Position numbers and translations under genes: made by a program
Source of the DNA: a virus
DNA: 64,000 nucleotides
Strand: one strand, 5' to 3'
IMG/VR virus record: IMGVR_UViG_3300045988_037604
Shown here: positions 46,272 through 55,799 of the stretch, piece by piece
How positions within the stretch are numbered: position 1 is the stretch's first letter
Layout: every line of letters starts with the position of its first letter
Notes under the pieces: model-generated
What the model saw: only the letters and a program-made list of their open reading frames with translations
Told to the model about the DNA's origin: nothing
Databases searched by the model: none

Positions 46272-46727
46272 TCATCTAGTTTTAAATATTAAAACTCTAT
46301 CAGGTTTACCTAATACTCCATAAGTATAACGACAAACTTCTGCTATATTACTACATTCACAACTTCTATATCTTTTAATAGGACTTCTACAAGTATGAGT
46401 TTTTAAATCATAATCTATAGGAATATGTACTACTTTATTAAAATGTATAAGTTCTTGTAACTGATAATAATCATCAGAGTTTATATTAAAATCTATATGA
46501 CCATAACAAATAACATTACCTCTACCATTAGGAATATTAAAAGTTTTGTCATTTCTAGTTATTTTTATAGCTTCTCCTTTATCTAATTTAATTTCCTCTT
46601 TTTCTGTTATATATGTCATTACGATGTCAATACCATCACGTTCAGTACGGCAAATCAAAGTTTGATAGCCTTTCATAATAGGCATCGGAATTACATAGAT
46701 TTTCTTTTCTGTATCGTAGTTCGACAT
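46272..46727 (-). CDS. hypothetical protein (151 aa); start uncertain
   Basis: ORF-track ORF. The annotated start overlaps the primase 3' end by 86 nt. In-frame ATGs at 46685 and 46676 still overlap. Confidence 0.55.
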   Translation of the reverse strand: MSNYDTEKKIYVIPMPIMKGYQTLICRTERDGIDIVMTYITEKEEIKLDKGEAIKITRNDKTFNIPNGRGNVICYGHIDFNINSDDYYQLQELIHFNKVVHIPIDYDLKTHTCRSPIKRYRSCECSNIAEVCRYTYGVLGKPDRVLIFKTR

Positions 46728-47871
46728 AACTAAGAGTTTCTTTAATAAATTTATCTATTTCATCTTTAGTGTATTTATCATGCAAATCTGCAAAATCTTT
46801 ACATCCATAATCACTAAGACCAAATTCACCACAAGTAATAAATAAATAAGGAATATTATATGTTTCTAGAAGATATTCAGCTCCTTCTCGACCAGTTCTG
46901 TCAAAATCTAGAAAACTAAGTATCATTCCATTATTAGATAATTTCTTTTTTATCCATTCATATTCATTAGCTTTAAGTCTATAATTCTCACTAGGAAGAT
47001 TAATTACTCCTATTTTTAGAAGTTTTCCAGCCCCCCCGTAAAGAGGTTTGTTTGTTAAATGACTTCCTAAACTAAGTCTATCTTTACTACTTTTAGTAAT
47101 TATAATATAATCATAATCATCTAATTCAAGATTAGGTAGACCTTCGAGAACATTACAATTAGTAATAAACTTTAAATCAATATGTCTATTCCTAAGAGGA
47201 AAATATAGTTTAATCAAATAAATACCTTGTTTATTTTGTCCAAGCATATAAGCATAACAAGGGTCTTTACTAACATATCTATATTTAGGTTCAGGATTAG
47301 AACTTCTATTGATGTAATATTGGTCAACAGGAATTACAAAATGAGTATTAAGATAAGCAAGATTTACATTCCATTTATCCCATATTCTTTTATCTTCTTT
47401 ATTCCATGAACGTGGAACAAGTTCAATAATAGCTTTACGATCTTTACTTTTAAATAAAGCATTTTTTATATCATCATCTGTAGAATAATCATGTTCACGA
47501 TTATCTATAACATCTGCAAATGTTCTATAAATATGTTTTAATATAAAATAAAAATCTTGTTTGTTATCAGTACTAATAAGTCTTTCATAAGCAATACTAA
47601 GAACATAAGCTACAACTCCATATACATCTTCAAAGAAACCAAAACCTCCAAAATCTCTGACTTTAAGTCTACCTTTTCTATTATAAGCAATACCCATACT
47701 ACCATCAGTATCATCATCTCTAAATACAGATTTTATAAGATTATTATGTTCAATACAATTTTGAACAGTTTCTATGGGAATATTTAGATATTTACTTACA
47801 ATATCTTCTTGACTTATACGAGATTCAATAAATGCTTTAGTTAAATGAGCAGTATTTATATTTCGTTTCAT
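46642..47871 (-). CDS. TOPRIM (DnaG-like) DNA primase
   Basis: LSFLDFDRTGREGAEYL resembles the DnaG TOPRIM DxD-x-AG motif. The ORF-track start at 47913 is GTG and lies inside a terminator hairpin. ATG at 47871 (MKRNINTAHL...) is preferred. Confidence 0.55.
   Translation of the reverse strand: MKRNINTAHLTKAFIESRISQEDIVSKYLNIPIETVQNCIEHNNLIKSVFRDDDTDGSMGIAYNRKGRLKVRDFGGFGFFEDVYGVVAYVLSIAYERLISTDNKQDFYFILKHIYRTFADVIDNREHDYSTDDDIKNALFKSKDRKAIIELVPRSWNKEDKRIWDKWNVNLAYLNTHFVIPVDQYYINRSSNPEPKYRYVSKDPCYAYMLGQNKQGIYLIKLYFPLRNRHIDLKFITNCNVLEGLPNLELDDYDYIIITKSSKDRLSLGSHLTNKPLYGGAGKLLKIGVINLPSENYRLKANEYEWIKKKLSNNGMILSFLDFDRTGREGAEYLLETYNIPYLFITCGEFGLSDYGCKDFADLHDKYTKDEIDKFIKETLSYVELRYRKENLCNSDAYYERLSNFDLPY
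47029..47042 (-). repeat. G7-core motif copy S11 (reverse, TTTAC variant)
   Basis: The plus strand reads AGCCCCCCCGTAAAgagg, inside the primase gene. The sense strand reads CTT-TAC-GGG-GGG-GCT (LYGGA). Confidence 0.8.
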
Positions 47872-47880
47872 ATTATACTT

Positions 47881-47921
47881 AAAAAGAAAAGGGATAACAT
47901 GAGTTGCACTCACATTATCCC
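47881..47921 (-). terminator. rho-independent terminator or attenuator after the SSB-like gene
   Basis: Stem 47891-47904 / 47908-47921 (gggataa..tgagt / actca..ttatccc; 12 bp plus a 2-nt internal mismatch), 3-nt loop. On the minus strand it is followed by TTTTCTTTTT (47890-47881). Confidence 0.55.
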
Positions 47922-47975
47922 TAACAATAAAATCATAGAACCTATTAGCAGAATTATTCTAAAGATAATTTATCT

Positions 47976-48923
47976 TTAGAAAGGTAAATCATCTGCTGCT
48001 CCAGCAAATGCGGCATTATCAGCAGCATTTGGAATAGGAGAAGCACCAGGAATAGCAATTCCTGCTCCCATACCAGGCATCTGAGGAACACCTACAGAAG
48101 GAGTCTTATTTACTTGCTTTGGAGTAATAGATTCTTTAGCTGCATCTATACGAAGAATTGCTGGAGGATTAGTACCTCTAACAATTTCAATAGCACCACT
48201 ACCAACAAAACCTGTGAAACTCAATTCTCCACCTTTATCTACATTAACCCAATCTCCTTTACGATTACGAACCGCACGAAGAAGTTTAATCCAAACAGGA
48301 ATAAAGTTACCATTTGGGTCTTTATATGTAGGTTTAGCAGTCTCTCCATCAGCAAGATTAAAGTTACCATTAAGCATTGCTGCAATATTGTCAAATACAT
48401 GACGATAACCATCAACAACTTCTTGAGGGTCAATAGCTACATATTGAACTTGACCATTCTCATCTTCTGCAAAATCTTCAAATGGAAGAGTCAAAGCATC
48501 TTCTTCTTCAGCAGTCATCTCTCGACCTTTAAAATAGAATATGTCAAGAATGTGCTTACCCCAATTAAGAACATTATCTACTTGCCAAGCATCCTTTCCA
48601 TCAGGAATAGTATCTACATTACTTTCAATAGGGAAAAGTGTCTTAGTAACATAACGTCTTTCATTAACATTAGAATGATTACTAGCAAAAGTAAATACAA
48701 GACGAGGAACTCTAAGACCTGTAAAAGCTTTAGCATCAGCATTTACACTCCATTCTACAGAAACAGAATCAAGATGTCCAATAAACAAAGCATTACCAGC
48801 AGCATCTTTCTCATGAAATTTAAGACGATTAACTGCATGACGACTGTTGTTAATACCTCTACGATTTACTTTCTTTGCAGCACCATTTGCAACTGCTGCT
48901 GCATTTTCTTTTTCATTTGTCAT
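47976..48923 (-). CDS. single-stranded DNA-binding protein-like (315 aa)
   Basis: The C-terminal tip AGAADDLPF matches the acidic D-D-[DL]-[IP]-P-F tail used by SSBs to recruit partners, and is preceded by a Gly/Pro/Ala-rich flexible tail. It is adjacent to a RecT-like gene. GC is elevated relative to neighbours. Confidence 0.6.
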   Translation of the reverse strand: MTNEKENAAAVANGAAKKVNRRGINNSRHAVNRLKFHEKDAAGNALFIGHLDSVSVEWSVNADAKAFTGLRVPRLVFTFASNHSNVNERRYVTKTLFPIESNVDTIPDGKDAWQVDNVLNWGKHILDIFYFKGREMTAEEEDALTLPFEDFAEDENGQVQYVAIDPQEVVDGYRHVFDNIAAMLNGNFNLADGETAKPTYKDPNGNFIPVWIKLLRAVRNRKGDWVNVDKGGELSFTGFVGSGAIEIVRGTNPPAILRIDAAKESITPKQVNKTPSVGVPQMPGMGAGIAIPGASPIPNAADNAAFAGAADDLPF

Positions 48924-48957
48924 AACTTAATTAAGTTTTTATTGTTTAAAAATTGAG

Positions 48958-48990
48958 TTTAAAAAAGGGAACTGAAACTAATCAGTTCCC
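48958..48990 (-). terminator. strong rho-independent terminator after the 278-aa gene
   Basis: Perfect 9-bp stem gggaactga 48967-48975 / tcagttccc 48982-48990, 6-nt loop. The minus strand continues with TTTTTT (48966-48961). Confidence 0.75.
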
Positions 48991-49014
48991 TTATAAATAA
49001 TTACTTGTTAATAA

Positions 49015-49851
49015 TTACTCAGCAGGCTGAGCATCAGTATCAGCATCAGCATCGTCTTTCTTACCGATACGAGAAGGCTTCTCATCTACATAGTCACCAA
49101 CAGAATAAAGAACTACGTCAACATCCTCAAAACCATTACTCATCTTAACAGATACTGGGTTCTTAACATCTACATCAAATACACGCTTAACAGCAGTCTT
49201 ATCATCAAGGTCAGACTTCAACTGCTCCCAAGTAGAAGTATCAGAGAAAGTAAGCTTCAAACCTACACCAGGAGTATTACCATTAGAAGCAACCTTAGCA
49301 CCAACAAAAGCTTGTGTCTCAGGAGATGCAATATCGTTGACAGTAAGATGAGACTTAATCTCCTCATCAGAAGCATCAGCAGAAAGCTCAAACTTCTCAA
49401 TAAGAGTCTCACGATTTTCAGCTACAATAGTATCAGCCTGACTAGCAAGAAGCTCCTCCTTCTCCTCATTTGTCATACGAACAGTAGTCATAACTGGAGC
49501 ACCAGTCTTAGACTTCTTAGCATAAGCCTTACCGATAAACCAACGAGTAATAGCATTAAGCAAAGTCTGAGCATCAACTTCATTATCAAGGTCAAGGTTA
49601 TTCTCCTCAGCAATCTTAATAACCTCCTCATCACGAGTAGCAATAGCATTCTCAGCCCAAGCGAGGTTATTTACAAACATAATATTGTCACCTGTAGACA
49701 ATACAAGAGCCTTAGATACAGCAGGAGTAATAGCAAAACCACCCTTTGTAGAAAGAGCAATAAGCTGTGGAGCAACATTAGCAACTACCTTAGCACCGCT
49801 ATTAACAACACTCAAAGAACCCAAACCAAATGATACATTACCTAATTTCAT
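49015..49851 (-). CDS. hypothetical acidic protein (278 aa), probably highly expressed
   Basis: ORF-track ORF. Local GC is clearly higher than in neighbours (many C/G-ending codons). Acidic C-terminus KKDDADADTDAQPAE. It has its own downstream terminator. Confidence 0.75.
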   Translation of the reverse strand: MKLGNVSFGLGSLSVVNSGAKVVANVAPQLIALSTKGGFAITPAVSKALVLSTGDNIMFVNNLAWAENAIATRDEEVIKIAEENNLDLDNEVDAQTLLNAITRWFIGKAYAKKSKTGAPVMTTVRMTNEEKEELLASQADTIVAENRETLIEKFELSADASDEEIKSHLTVNDIASPETQAFVGAKVASNGNTPGVGLKLTFSDTSTWEQLKSDLDDKTAVKRVFDVDVKNPVSVKMSNGFEDVDVVLYSVGDYVDEKPSRIGKKDDADADTDAQPAE

Positions 49852-49912
49852 AATTGTTTAATTTTAAAAAGTTAATAATATTATTAATTATAACTTCAAT
49901 ATGAAGTTTATT

Positions 49913-50842
49913 TTAATCTTGAGTAGAAGAACTAATTTCTTCAACATTTACAAAGTCATCGGTATCAAGATTAGTATTACCAATAACTTCCATAATTTCG
50001 TCATCAGTCATGACACCCATAAGATAATCACTTGCTATATCTCTAGCACCATAAGCAAAAGCTCTATGTGATATTAAAATACGAGGATATTTCTTATAAG
50101 TATCTTTTTCAAATAATCCAGCATTAGCAGCTTCACTATAAGAAAAATGACTTTTTGCGTGCATCTCTACAACTTTACCATTTATAGTCTTAAATCTAGT
50201 AAATTCATATTCAGTAACAAAATCTATAGGTTGAGCTGGAATCCTAATAATAGGAAATTTACCTTCATTGGCAACCTTAATAGCTTGTATTTTATTTATA
50301 CATTTAACACATTGAGCATTAATCTCAAATTCGTTATATTTGTTACCTTTTAAATCTGCATAATATCTAAGAGGATAAACACCTACAACATCATCGTTAG
50401 TTTTTTCTTCTGCTTCTTTAGCATTTCTACACTTAACAATATATTGTGGAAGTTGTGTTTCTAGATAAACCGTATTACCGTCAGTATATTGATACTGAGG
50501 TACATAATCTTTAGTACAATTCCAGACTATACCTGCCCTCAGTAATAACGCCTTAACTATATGAACATCAACACCTGTCTTACCATTAATAACATGGATA
50601 TGTTCTATACAAGTGCTAAAAGGCAAATTTAGGTCTTTAGCTCTCAACATAATGGCTAAACCATCTTGAACACTTTTAAGACCACTTTTTTCACTTGTAA
50701 GAATCTTCTTTAGAAAATACTCTGCTTGAGCAATATCTTTTTCATCAAGAAGATTAATATTAGCAAGAGCAGTGTCTAGTTCTTCACGTTTAACAACCAT
50801 TGTACGATTGTCATTCTTACTTTCTTTATTCATTACTTTCAA
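49913..50842 (-). CDS. RecT-family single-strand annealing protein (309 aa)
   Basis: SGLKSVQDGLAIMLRAKDLNLPFSTCIEHIHVINGKTGVDVHIVKALLLRAGIVW resembles the RecT core. It sits next to the SSB-like gene. Confidence 0.5.
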   Translation of the reverse strand: MKVMNKESKNDNRTMVVKREELDTALANINLLDEKDIAQAEYFLKKILTSEKSGLKSVQDGLAIMLRAKDLNLPFSTCIEHIHVINGKTGVDVHIVKALLLRAGIVWNCTKDYVPQYQYTDGNTVYLETQLPQYIVKCRNAKEAEEKTNDDVVGVYPLRYYADLKGNKYNEFEINAQCVKCINKIQAIKVANEGKFPIIRIPAQPIDFVTEYEFTRFKTINGKVVEMHAKSHFSYSEAANAGLFEKDTYKKYPRILISHRAFAYGARDIASDYLMGVMTDDEIMEVIGNTNLDTDDFVNVEEISSSTQD

Positions 50843-50895
50843 AGAGCATTAATAAGTTTATTTCTTATTTCTGTTGCAAATATAATAACTTTATT

Positions 50896-52308
50896 TTAAT
50901 CTACAATACAATAATCAGAATTATTATCAATTTTAACATCTATATCTTTTTTATTAACAATAACATGATTAGATGATAGTTGTTTATCATTGATTGCTTT
51001 TTCTTCTAATGTATTTTCGCAATAAAGACTATATAATATAATAGGTATATTAAACTTACATTTACTCAATCTGTATATATAAGATTTTATATCATCACAA
51101 AGACTTGACGTAATTATTAAAACGTCTACATCTATATTAAGTTCTTTATCAGGACTATTTGTTGTTGATATAATGCTTATTTTTCCAAGATTAAATAATT
51201 GTTGGATAAGTTTCTTTTGGTTCGTTACACCCATTATTTTTTGCTTACCTTTCTTAGCTCCAGTTTTATAATAAATAGGATTACCATCCTTGTCTATAGC
51301 TGGAATTGATTCTAATTTGTCATGAAAACTTTTACATACTTCTTTATTATATTTAATGTTTATATTATTAGTTAATTCATCTGCAAAATCTGCAAACTTA
51401 TTTATTATAAGAATCTTTTTATCTTTATAACTATCAATAATATCTATAATAGCATTAATCTTATTTGAATAATTAGCAAGAAGTCTAGCTCTTTTTCTAA
51501 TCATTTCATAAGTAGAATTAGCTCTTTCTTTTATTGCTATAGGATTATAAAGCTTATCTATTTGTTGATTATATTCTGTACTCATATCTAGATATTCATT
51601 CCAACCATTATCTCTAGCAAGTTTATCACAATATGCCATACTAGAAGCATTATTTGTGTTATTACCAGACATAGCAATTTTTATATTATCTAGACCTCCA
51701 AATATATTAAGTGACATTCTAATATTGTCATTATAGTATTGAAGAAGTTTAGCATCATTAGTATCATCTTTAATAGTGATAGGAATACGATACTCTTCTA
51801 CGGGGGGGTTAGTACGAATATTATCGACATCATTTTGCTTAAACTCTTTAACAATAGGACAACAAGAATAAAAACTATCTTTAGTTCTACCATCAAGAGG
51901 TTTAGTAATAATTACTAATTTATATGTGCTTTTATCTAATATTCCTAAATGAACAAAAGTAAAACTAATAGGATTGTAAATAATAGTAAGAGTAGGTTTA
52001 TACAGATTAATATTATCAGCAACCCAACTATCAGTTAATACATGAATTTGTCCTTTATTAATCAAATTTAGAAAAATACTATCATAATTATTCTTTTGAT
52101 TAGTAAGATATTCTTTGATATAATCTTTATCTTCAAAGTCTTTAACTAAAATAAGTACATTACACGTAGGACTTCTATTAAATAGTCTAGGAAGAAGAAG
52201 ATAAATAGGTCTAACACTATCTAAAGGATGAGGTATTAGAAGACTTCCATTACCATTACGAGCATTCCATCTTTCGATAGCATCATTAAACATTTCTTCT
52301 TGTGTCAT
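50896..52308 (-). CDS. SF2 (SNF2/DEAD-like) helicase-related protein (470 aa)
   Basis: The C-terminal half KKILIINKFADFADELTNNI...GKISIISTTNSPDKELNIDVDVLIITSS looks like a helicase C-terminal RecA domain. The N-terminal Walker motifs are not recognisable. It contains motif copy S12. Confidence 0.4.
   Translation of the reverse strand: MTQEEMFNDAIERWNARNGNGSLLIPHPLDSVRPIYLLLPRLFNRSPTCNVLILVKDFEDKDYIKEYLTNQKNNYDSIFLNLINKGQIHVLTDSWVADNINLYKPTLTIIYNPISFTFVHLGILDKSTYKLVIITKPLDGRTKDSFYSCCPIVKEFKQNDVDNIRTNPPVEEYRIPITIKDDTNDAKLLQYYNDNIRMSLNIFGGLDNIKIAMSGNNTNNASSMAYCDKLARDNGWNEYLDMSTEYNQQIDKLYNPIAIKERANSTYEMIRKRARLLANYSNKINAIIDIIDSYKDKKILIINKFADFADELTNNINIKYNKEVCKSFHDKLESIPAIDKDGNPIYYKTGAKKGKQKIMGVTNQKKLIQQLFNLGKISIISTTNSPDKELNIDVDVLIITSSLCDDIKSYIYRLSKCKFNIPIILYSLYCENTLEEKAINDKQLSSNHVIVNKKDIDVKIDNNSDYCIVD
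51797..51810 (+). repeat. G7-core motif copy S12 (forward)
   Basis: atactcTTCTACGGGGGGGTTagta, inside gene 50896..52308. The sense (minus) strand reads ACT-AAC-CCC-CCC-GTA-GAA (TNPPVE). Confidence 0.9.
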
Positions 52309-52311
52309 TTT

Positions 52312-54585
52312 TTACATTTCTTCATTATCAAATAAATTGTTATATAAACCAAAGTTCTTCTTTAAAAGAGCTTTTCCGCTAAGAGTTTTATTATCCTTAT
52401 TACTTTTTTGATTAGGACTAATGCCAAGCTTAATAGGATTTATAATCTTATAAGCTTCTTCATAATAATATTTATAATCTATATTACGAAGAGCAATATC
52501 TTTATCGTCAAGTTTATTAAGAATAATTACAGGTTTTCCACTAGCTAGAACACTACGTTTCTTATCATGAACATTCTCTTTCATTATAACAACTCCTTTA
52601 GTAGAAACATAGAAACGAACATGACGTTGACTATGAACATCAATTACTTTTCCATGCTCTACTTTTTGATAAACAACTTCAAATTGTTTACCTACATTTT
52701 GAGTCTTACAAAAATCAAGAATATCTTTATGATTACGAAGTGTTTCCATAACTGGAACACTATGTGCAAAATATTCAAATACAGCTTTAGCAACTACAGG
52801 CATATCATAACCTTTTTTCAAATCTTTAAGATATTGTTTAGGGTCAAGACCACCTTTATATTCAATCTTATCATTACTTTGAATATTAAAATAATTATTA
52901 ATATCCCTAGCAACAAAAAGTTTATATTGTTCTGAATCTGCACCTAATTTATTTTGAGCACACCAATCATCAGTTATACGTTTGAAATCTTCTTCTTTAC
53001 TTTTAGGAAGCTTTACAATAATGCCATCAGTATTAGCACTAACAACATGAATGCCATCAAGTTCGAGAGCTTCTACTACCATCATTACCATTAGCTGTCC
53101 ATTGATAGTTACTTGCATCTGCGCAAATCTATCAAACAAAAAGAACATTTCAAAACCAAACTTTCCATAAATTGCATTAATAACAATCTTTAAAGCTTCA
53201 GCTGCTAGTTTATTATGAACTCCTGTTATTACAAGACCATCTTCATCTTTTGTATGTTTACATTTAATACGAGTTAGACGAAAATAATCAACCATTTTAA
53301 CAAATACATTATTATTTAAATGTTTAGGAGCAATATTATACGCAACCATAACACTAGGATAAAATGAACTTATATCGTAATGTATATAAGTATAATCATC
53401 TGTACTTGTTAATACAGCAGGTCTATCTTGTGAATGTAAACCTCCAGTAGCAATAGTATAAACAGTACCATAAAAATTTATTACTTTTTCAAAAGCATCT
53501 TTATTAGTTCTATAAATAACAACTTTCTTCATATCTTCAAGAACTTTTTGAAGTTCAGGAGTTTTAAAACATATATGAGGAAATATTATCTTATTAAAAC
53601 TAAGAGCAGTTCTTTGAGTACGTAGATTTTTAAAAGCATCTATTTGTAAACCACTACGTTCAGAATAAAATTTATAAAGAAGTTTATCAGCAATAGTACT
53701 TCTAGCAGCACATAAAAGATTAAGATTAAATGCAACACCTAAAGAATATCTAAGTTTAATCTCATCAGGCTTTTGTCTAGCAATTTCACAAACTAGATAT
53801 ACATCATTCTTATTATAATGAAGCATAGGTTTAACATATTTAGGAAGAATATACCTATCAAAATCATTAGTAATCAAATAATTAAGTTGTTCATTACTCA
53901 TGCCTTCATATTCCATTTCTTTCCTATATATATCTCCTTCTTCATCATCTATAGGAGGTAATGTAAAATCTAGAAGATTATGCCATTTAAGATTAATACT
54001 AACTTGTTTAAGAGATTTACCAAACTTTTTTCTTTCACCAGTACTTTTATCAATATTAACACCAGCAGAATTAAGAGCATAAATTTTAAACAAATCAACA
54101 GTTGCCCAAGGAAGTCTATATTTACGAATCAAATCAAGTTCTCTATCTTTCCATAAAGCATCTTTATCATCTTGAAGACTAAGAAGTTTATCATTAATTT
54201 CTTTAAGTTTATGACAAAGTTGTTTAGTAGTATCAAAACGATTAAAATACATCATGAAAGCTTTAAACATCATATCATCATAACCTTGATTATTATATCC
54301 AAATACATCATATCTAACAGGATTTCCATCTTCGTCAAAATAAGCTTCCATACTATTAATATAAGAAACAAGTTTTAGAAGTTGAGAATCATCAGTATCA
54401 CTAATATAAAATATTTTAGATTTAACAGATTCAAGTCTAGACTCTATCTCAGCGACACTTAAACATTCAGTAAGTGCCATACCTTCACAATCTTTGAATA
54501 CTCTAAGATAATCTTGAACATCAACAAAAGTTGCACTAAAAAGATTTTTAAAACATTCAATATCTGTGGCAATACTACGTATCAT
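52312..54585 (-). CDS. family B DNA polymerase
   Basis: Exo I ATDIECF, Exo II YNNQGYDDMMF, Exo III YNKNDVYLV, Pol A DISSFYPS, Pol B KIVINAIYGKFG and Pol C SANTDGIIV. Confidence 0.9.
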   Translation of the reverse strand: MIRSIATDIECFKNLFSATFVDVQDYLRVFKDCEGMALTECLSVAEIESRLESVKSKIFYISDTDDSQLLKLVSYINSMEAYFDEDGNPVRYDVFGYNNQGYDDMMFKAFMMYFNRFDTTKQLCHKLKEINDKLLSLQDDKDALWKDRELDLIRKYRLPWATVDLFKIYALNSAGVNIDKSTGERKKFGKSLKQVSINLKWHNLLDFTLPPIDDEEGDIYRKEMEYEGMSNEQLNYLITNDFDRYILPKYVKPMLHYNKNDVYLVCEIARQKPDEIKLRYSLGVAFNLNLLCAARSTIADKLLYKFYSERSGLQIDAFKNLRTQRTALSFNKIIFPHICFKTPELQKVLEDMKKVVIYRTNKDAFEKVINFYGTVYTIATGGLHSQDRPAVLTSTDDYTYIHYDISSFYPSVMVAYNIAPKHLNNNVFVKMVDYFRLTRIKCKHTKDEDGLVITGVHNKLAAEALKIVINAIYGKFGFEMFFLFDRFAQMQVTINGQLMVMMVVEALELDGIHVVSANTDGIIVKLPKSKEEDFKRITDDWCAQNKLGADSEQYKLFVARDINNYFNIQSNDKIEYKGGLDPKQYLKDLKKGYDMPVVAKAVFEYFAHSVPVMETLRNHKDILDFCKTQNVGKQFEVVYQKVEHGKVIDVHSQRHVRFYVSTKGVVIMKENVHDKKRSVLASGKPVIILNKLDDKDIALRNIDYKYYYEEAYKIINPIKLGISPNQKSNKDNKTLSGKALLKKNFGLYNNLFDNEEM

Positions 54586-55151
54586 ATAATATTAATTTCA
54601 TATCCATTATAATTATTATCTTTACTAGCACTATACCATTTAGTTAGATGATTACAAAATTCTTTATATTTATCATCATCTATGTATTTAATAAAAGGAG
54701 AATAACTAACACAATATCCTCTAATATTACCATTATCTTTAGTAATATATAGTTTATCAGTTTTATTACTTATATCTGTTATAGATAAAAATAGTTTAGC
54801 TGCATCACCAAGTAATAATATTTTTACGGCATGAGTATTAACAATATCTCTAATTGTATGTATAATACATCTACTAATAATATTACTATTTAGAGGACAT
54901 TTATCAGTCAATTTACATCTAATAAGTGGAACTATAAAATAATCGTTTAGCCCCCCCGTAGAAGGACTTAATGCTTCATTTATTATTTCCACATATTTAC
55001 TAAATGTCATTCCTTTATTCTTATAAGCATTATAATCAACATTAGGTACAACTATTATTTTACCATAAAGAGGATTACCAACACCTTTAAGACAATGACA
55101 TTTATCATTAAATAGTCTTAGAGGACAATCTTTACATACATTATAAGTCAT
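54582..55151 (-). CDS. uracil-DNA glycosylase superfamily protein (family 4-like)
   Basis: N-terminal Cys cluster CKDCPL...KCHC, then GVGNPLYGKIIVVPNVD in place of the G-x-G...GEAPG block. 4-nt overlap with polB. It contains motif copy S13. Confidence 0.5.
   Translation of the reverse strand: MTYNVCKDCPLRLFNDKCHCLKGVGNPLYGKIIVVPNVDYNAYKNKGMTFSKYVEIINEALSPSTGGLNDYFIVPLIRCKLTDKCPLNSNIISRCIIHTIRDIVNTHAVKILLLGDAAKLFLSITDISNKTDKLYITKDNGNIRGYCVSYSPFIKYIDDDKYKEFCNHLTKWYSASKDNNYNGYEINII
54949..54962 (-). repeat. G7-core motif copy S13 (reverse)
   Basis: The plus strand reads AGCCCCCCCGTAGAaggactt, inside the UDG-like gene. The sense strand reads AGT-CCT-TCT-ACG-GGG-GGG-CTA (SPSTGGL). Confidence 0.9.
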
Positions 55152-55275
55152 AAAGACCTAAAAATTCATATGAACTAAACATACTACAAGGATATTTAGC
55201 AGTTTTCATAAGACTAGGAAAATCACAACCATTTTTAATACGATTACGAGCTTTAATTTTATAACCTTTTTTCAT
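55141..55275 (-). CDS. possible small basic protein (44 aa)
   Basis: Hand-translated as MKKGYKIKARNRIKNGCDFPSLMKTAKYPCSMFSSYEFLGLYDL. It fills the gap between 55282 and 55151 and overlaps the UDG start by 11 nt. Confidence 0.3.
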   Translation of the reverse strand: MKKGYKIKARNRIKNGCDFPSLMKTAKYPCSMFSSYEFLGLYDL

Positions 55276-55281
55276 AATTAA

Positions 55282-55677
55282 TTAATCTTTAGTAGGTTCA
55301 ACATAATTTTCTACTTTGGTATAATTACTATTATTATAATTATTATACATAGAACCAATAAATATAAAATTGTTATCACGCTTACCCCAAGTTTTATCTA
55401 ATTTACGTTTATAGCCATAAACAGTAACAGTACCATCAACATCAGCATCAAGTTTAGCAACTTTATAATAGTTACGTTTGACACCAAAAGCAGTATTAAT
55501 TTCGATTGTATAAACATCACCAATTTTAATAGGACAATTAGCAATAATATCAGCACATGCTTCTTCAGTAAGAGCATGAAGCCTATTCTTATAATCATTA
55601 ATTATTTCATCTCTTTTATTAATGTAACATTGTACACGTTCTTTAAAAGAAAGATTATTATTACTTGTATTACACAT
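55282..55677 (-). CDS. hypothetical protein (131 aa)
   Basis: ORF-track ORF. Confidence 0.65.
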   Translation of the reverse strand: MCNTSNNNLSFKERVQCYINKRDEIINDYKNRLHALTEEACADIIANCPIKIGDVYTIEINTAFGVKRNYYKVAKLDADVDGTVTVYGYKRKLDKTWGKRDNNFIFIGSMYNNYNNSNYTKVENYVEPTKD

Positions 55678-55799
55678 TTTATTTAATATTTTAATTTTAC
55701 ATATAAAGCCTTCATTTTAAAAGGTCGATTAATCAATAACAAATATATTCAGAATAGTTCTTGATTGAAATAAACTGTCAAAAATCCAATTTTCAACAA

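Noticed and set aside
48114-48956. A 280-aa + strand ORF opposite the SSB-like gene, and similar + strand ORFs in the minus block: 34764..35168, 49312..49833, 40893..41204, 52567..52935 and 62990..63262.
   Set aside because: Their composition is not protein-like (long runs of N/I/K/F/S/T). The opposite-strand ORFs carry the SSB tail, dUTPase, ThyX and PolB motifs, and strand continuity favours the minus strand.
6571-54962. G7/C7 homopolymers as assembly errors, programmed frameshift sites or phase-variation switches.
   Set aside because: All ten uninterrupted runs leave the host ORF in frame. No extended alternative-frame ORF begins at any run. The conserved non-homopolymer flanks (Y-tract, TAC, YTA) are not needed for slippage. 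Length polymorphism in reads could still be checked.
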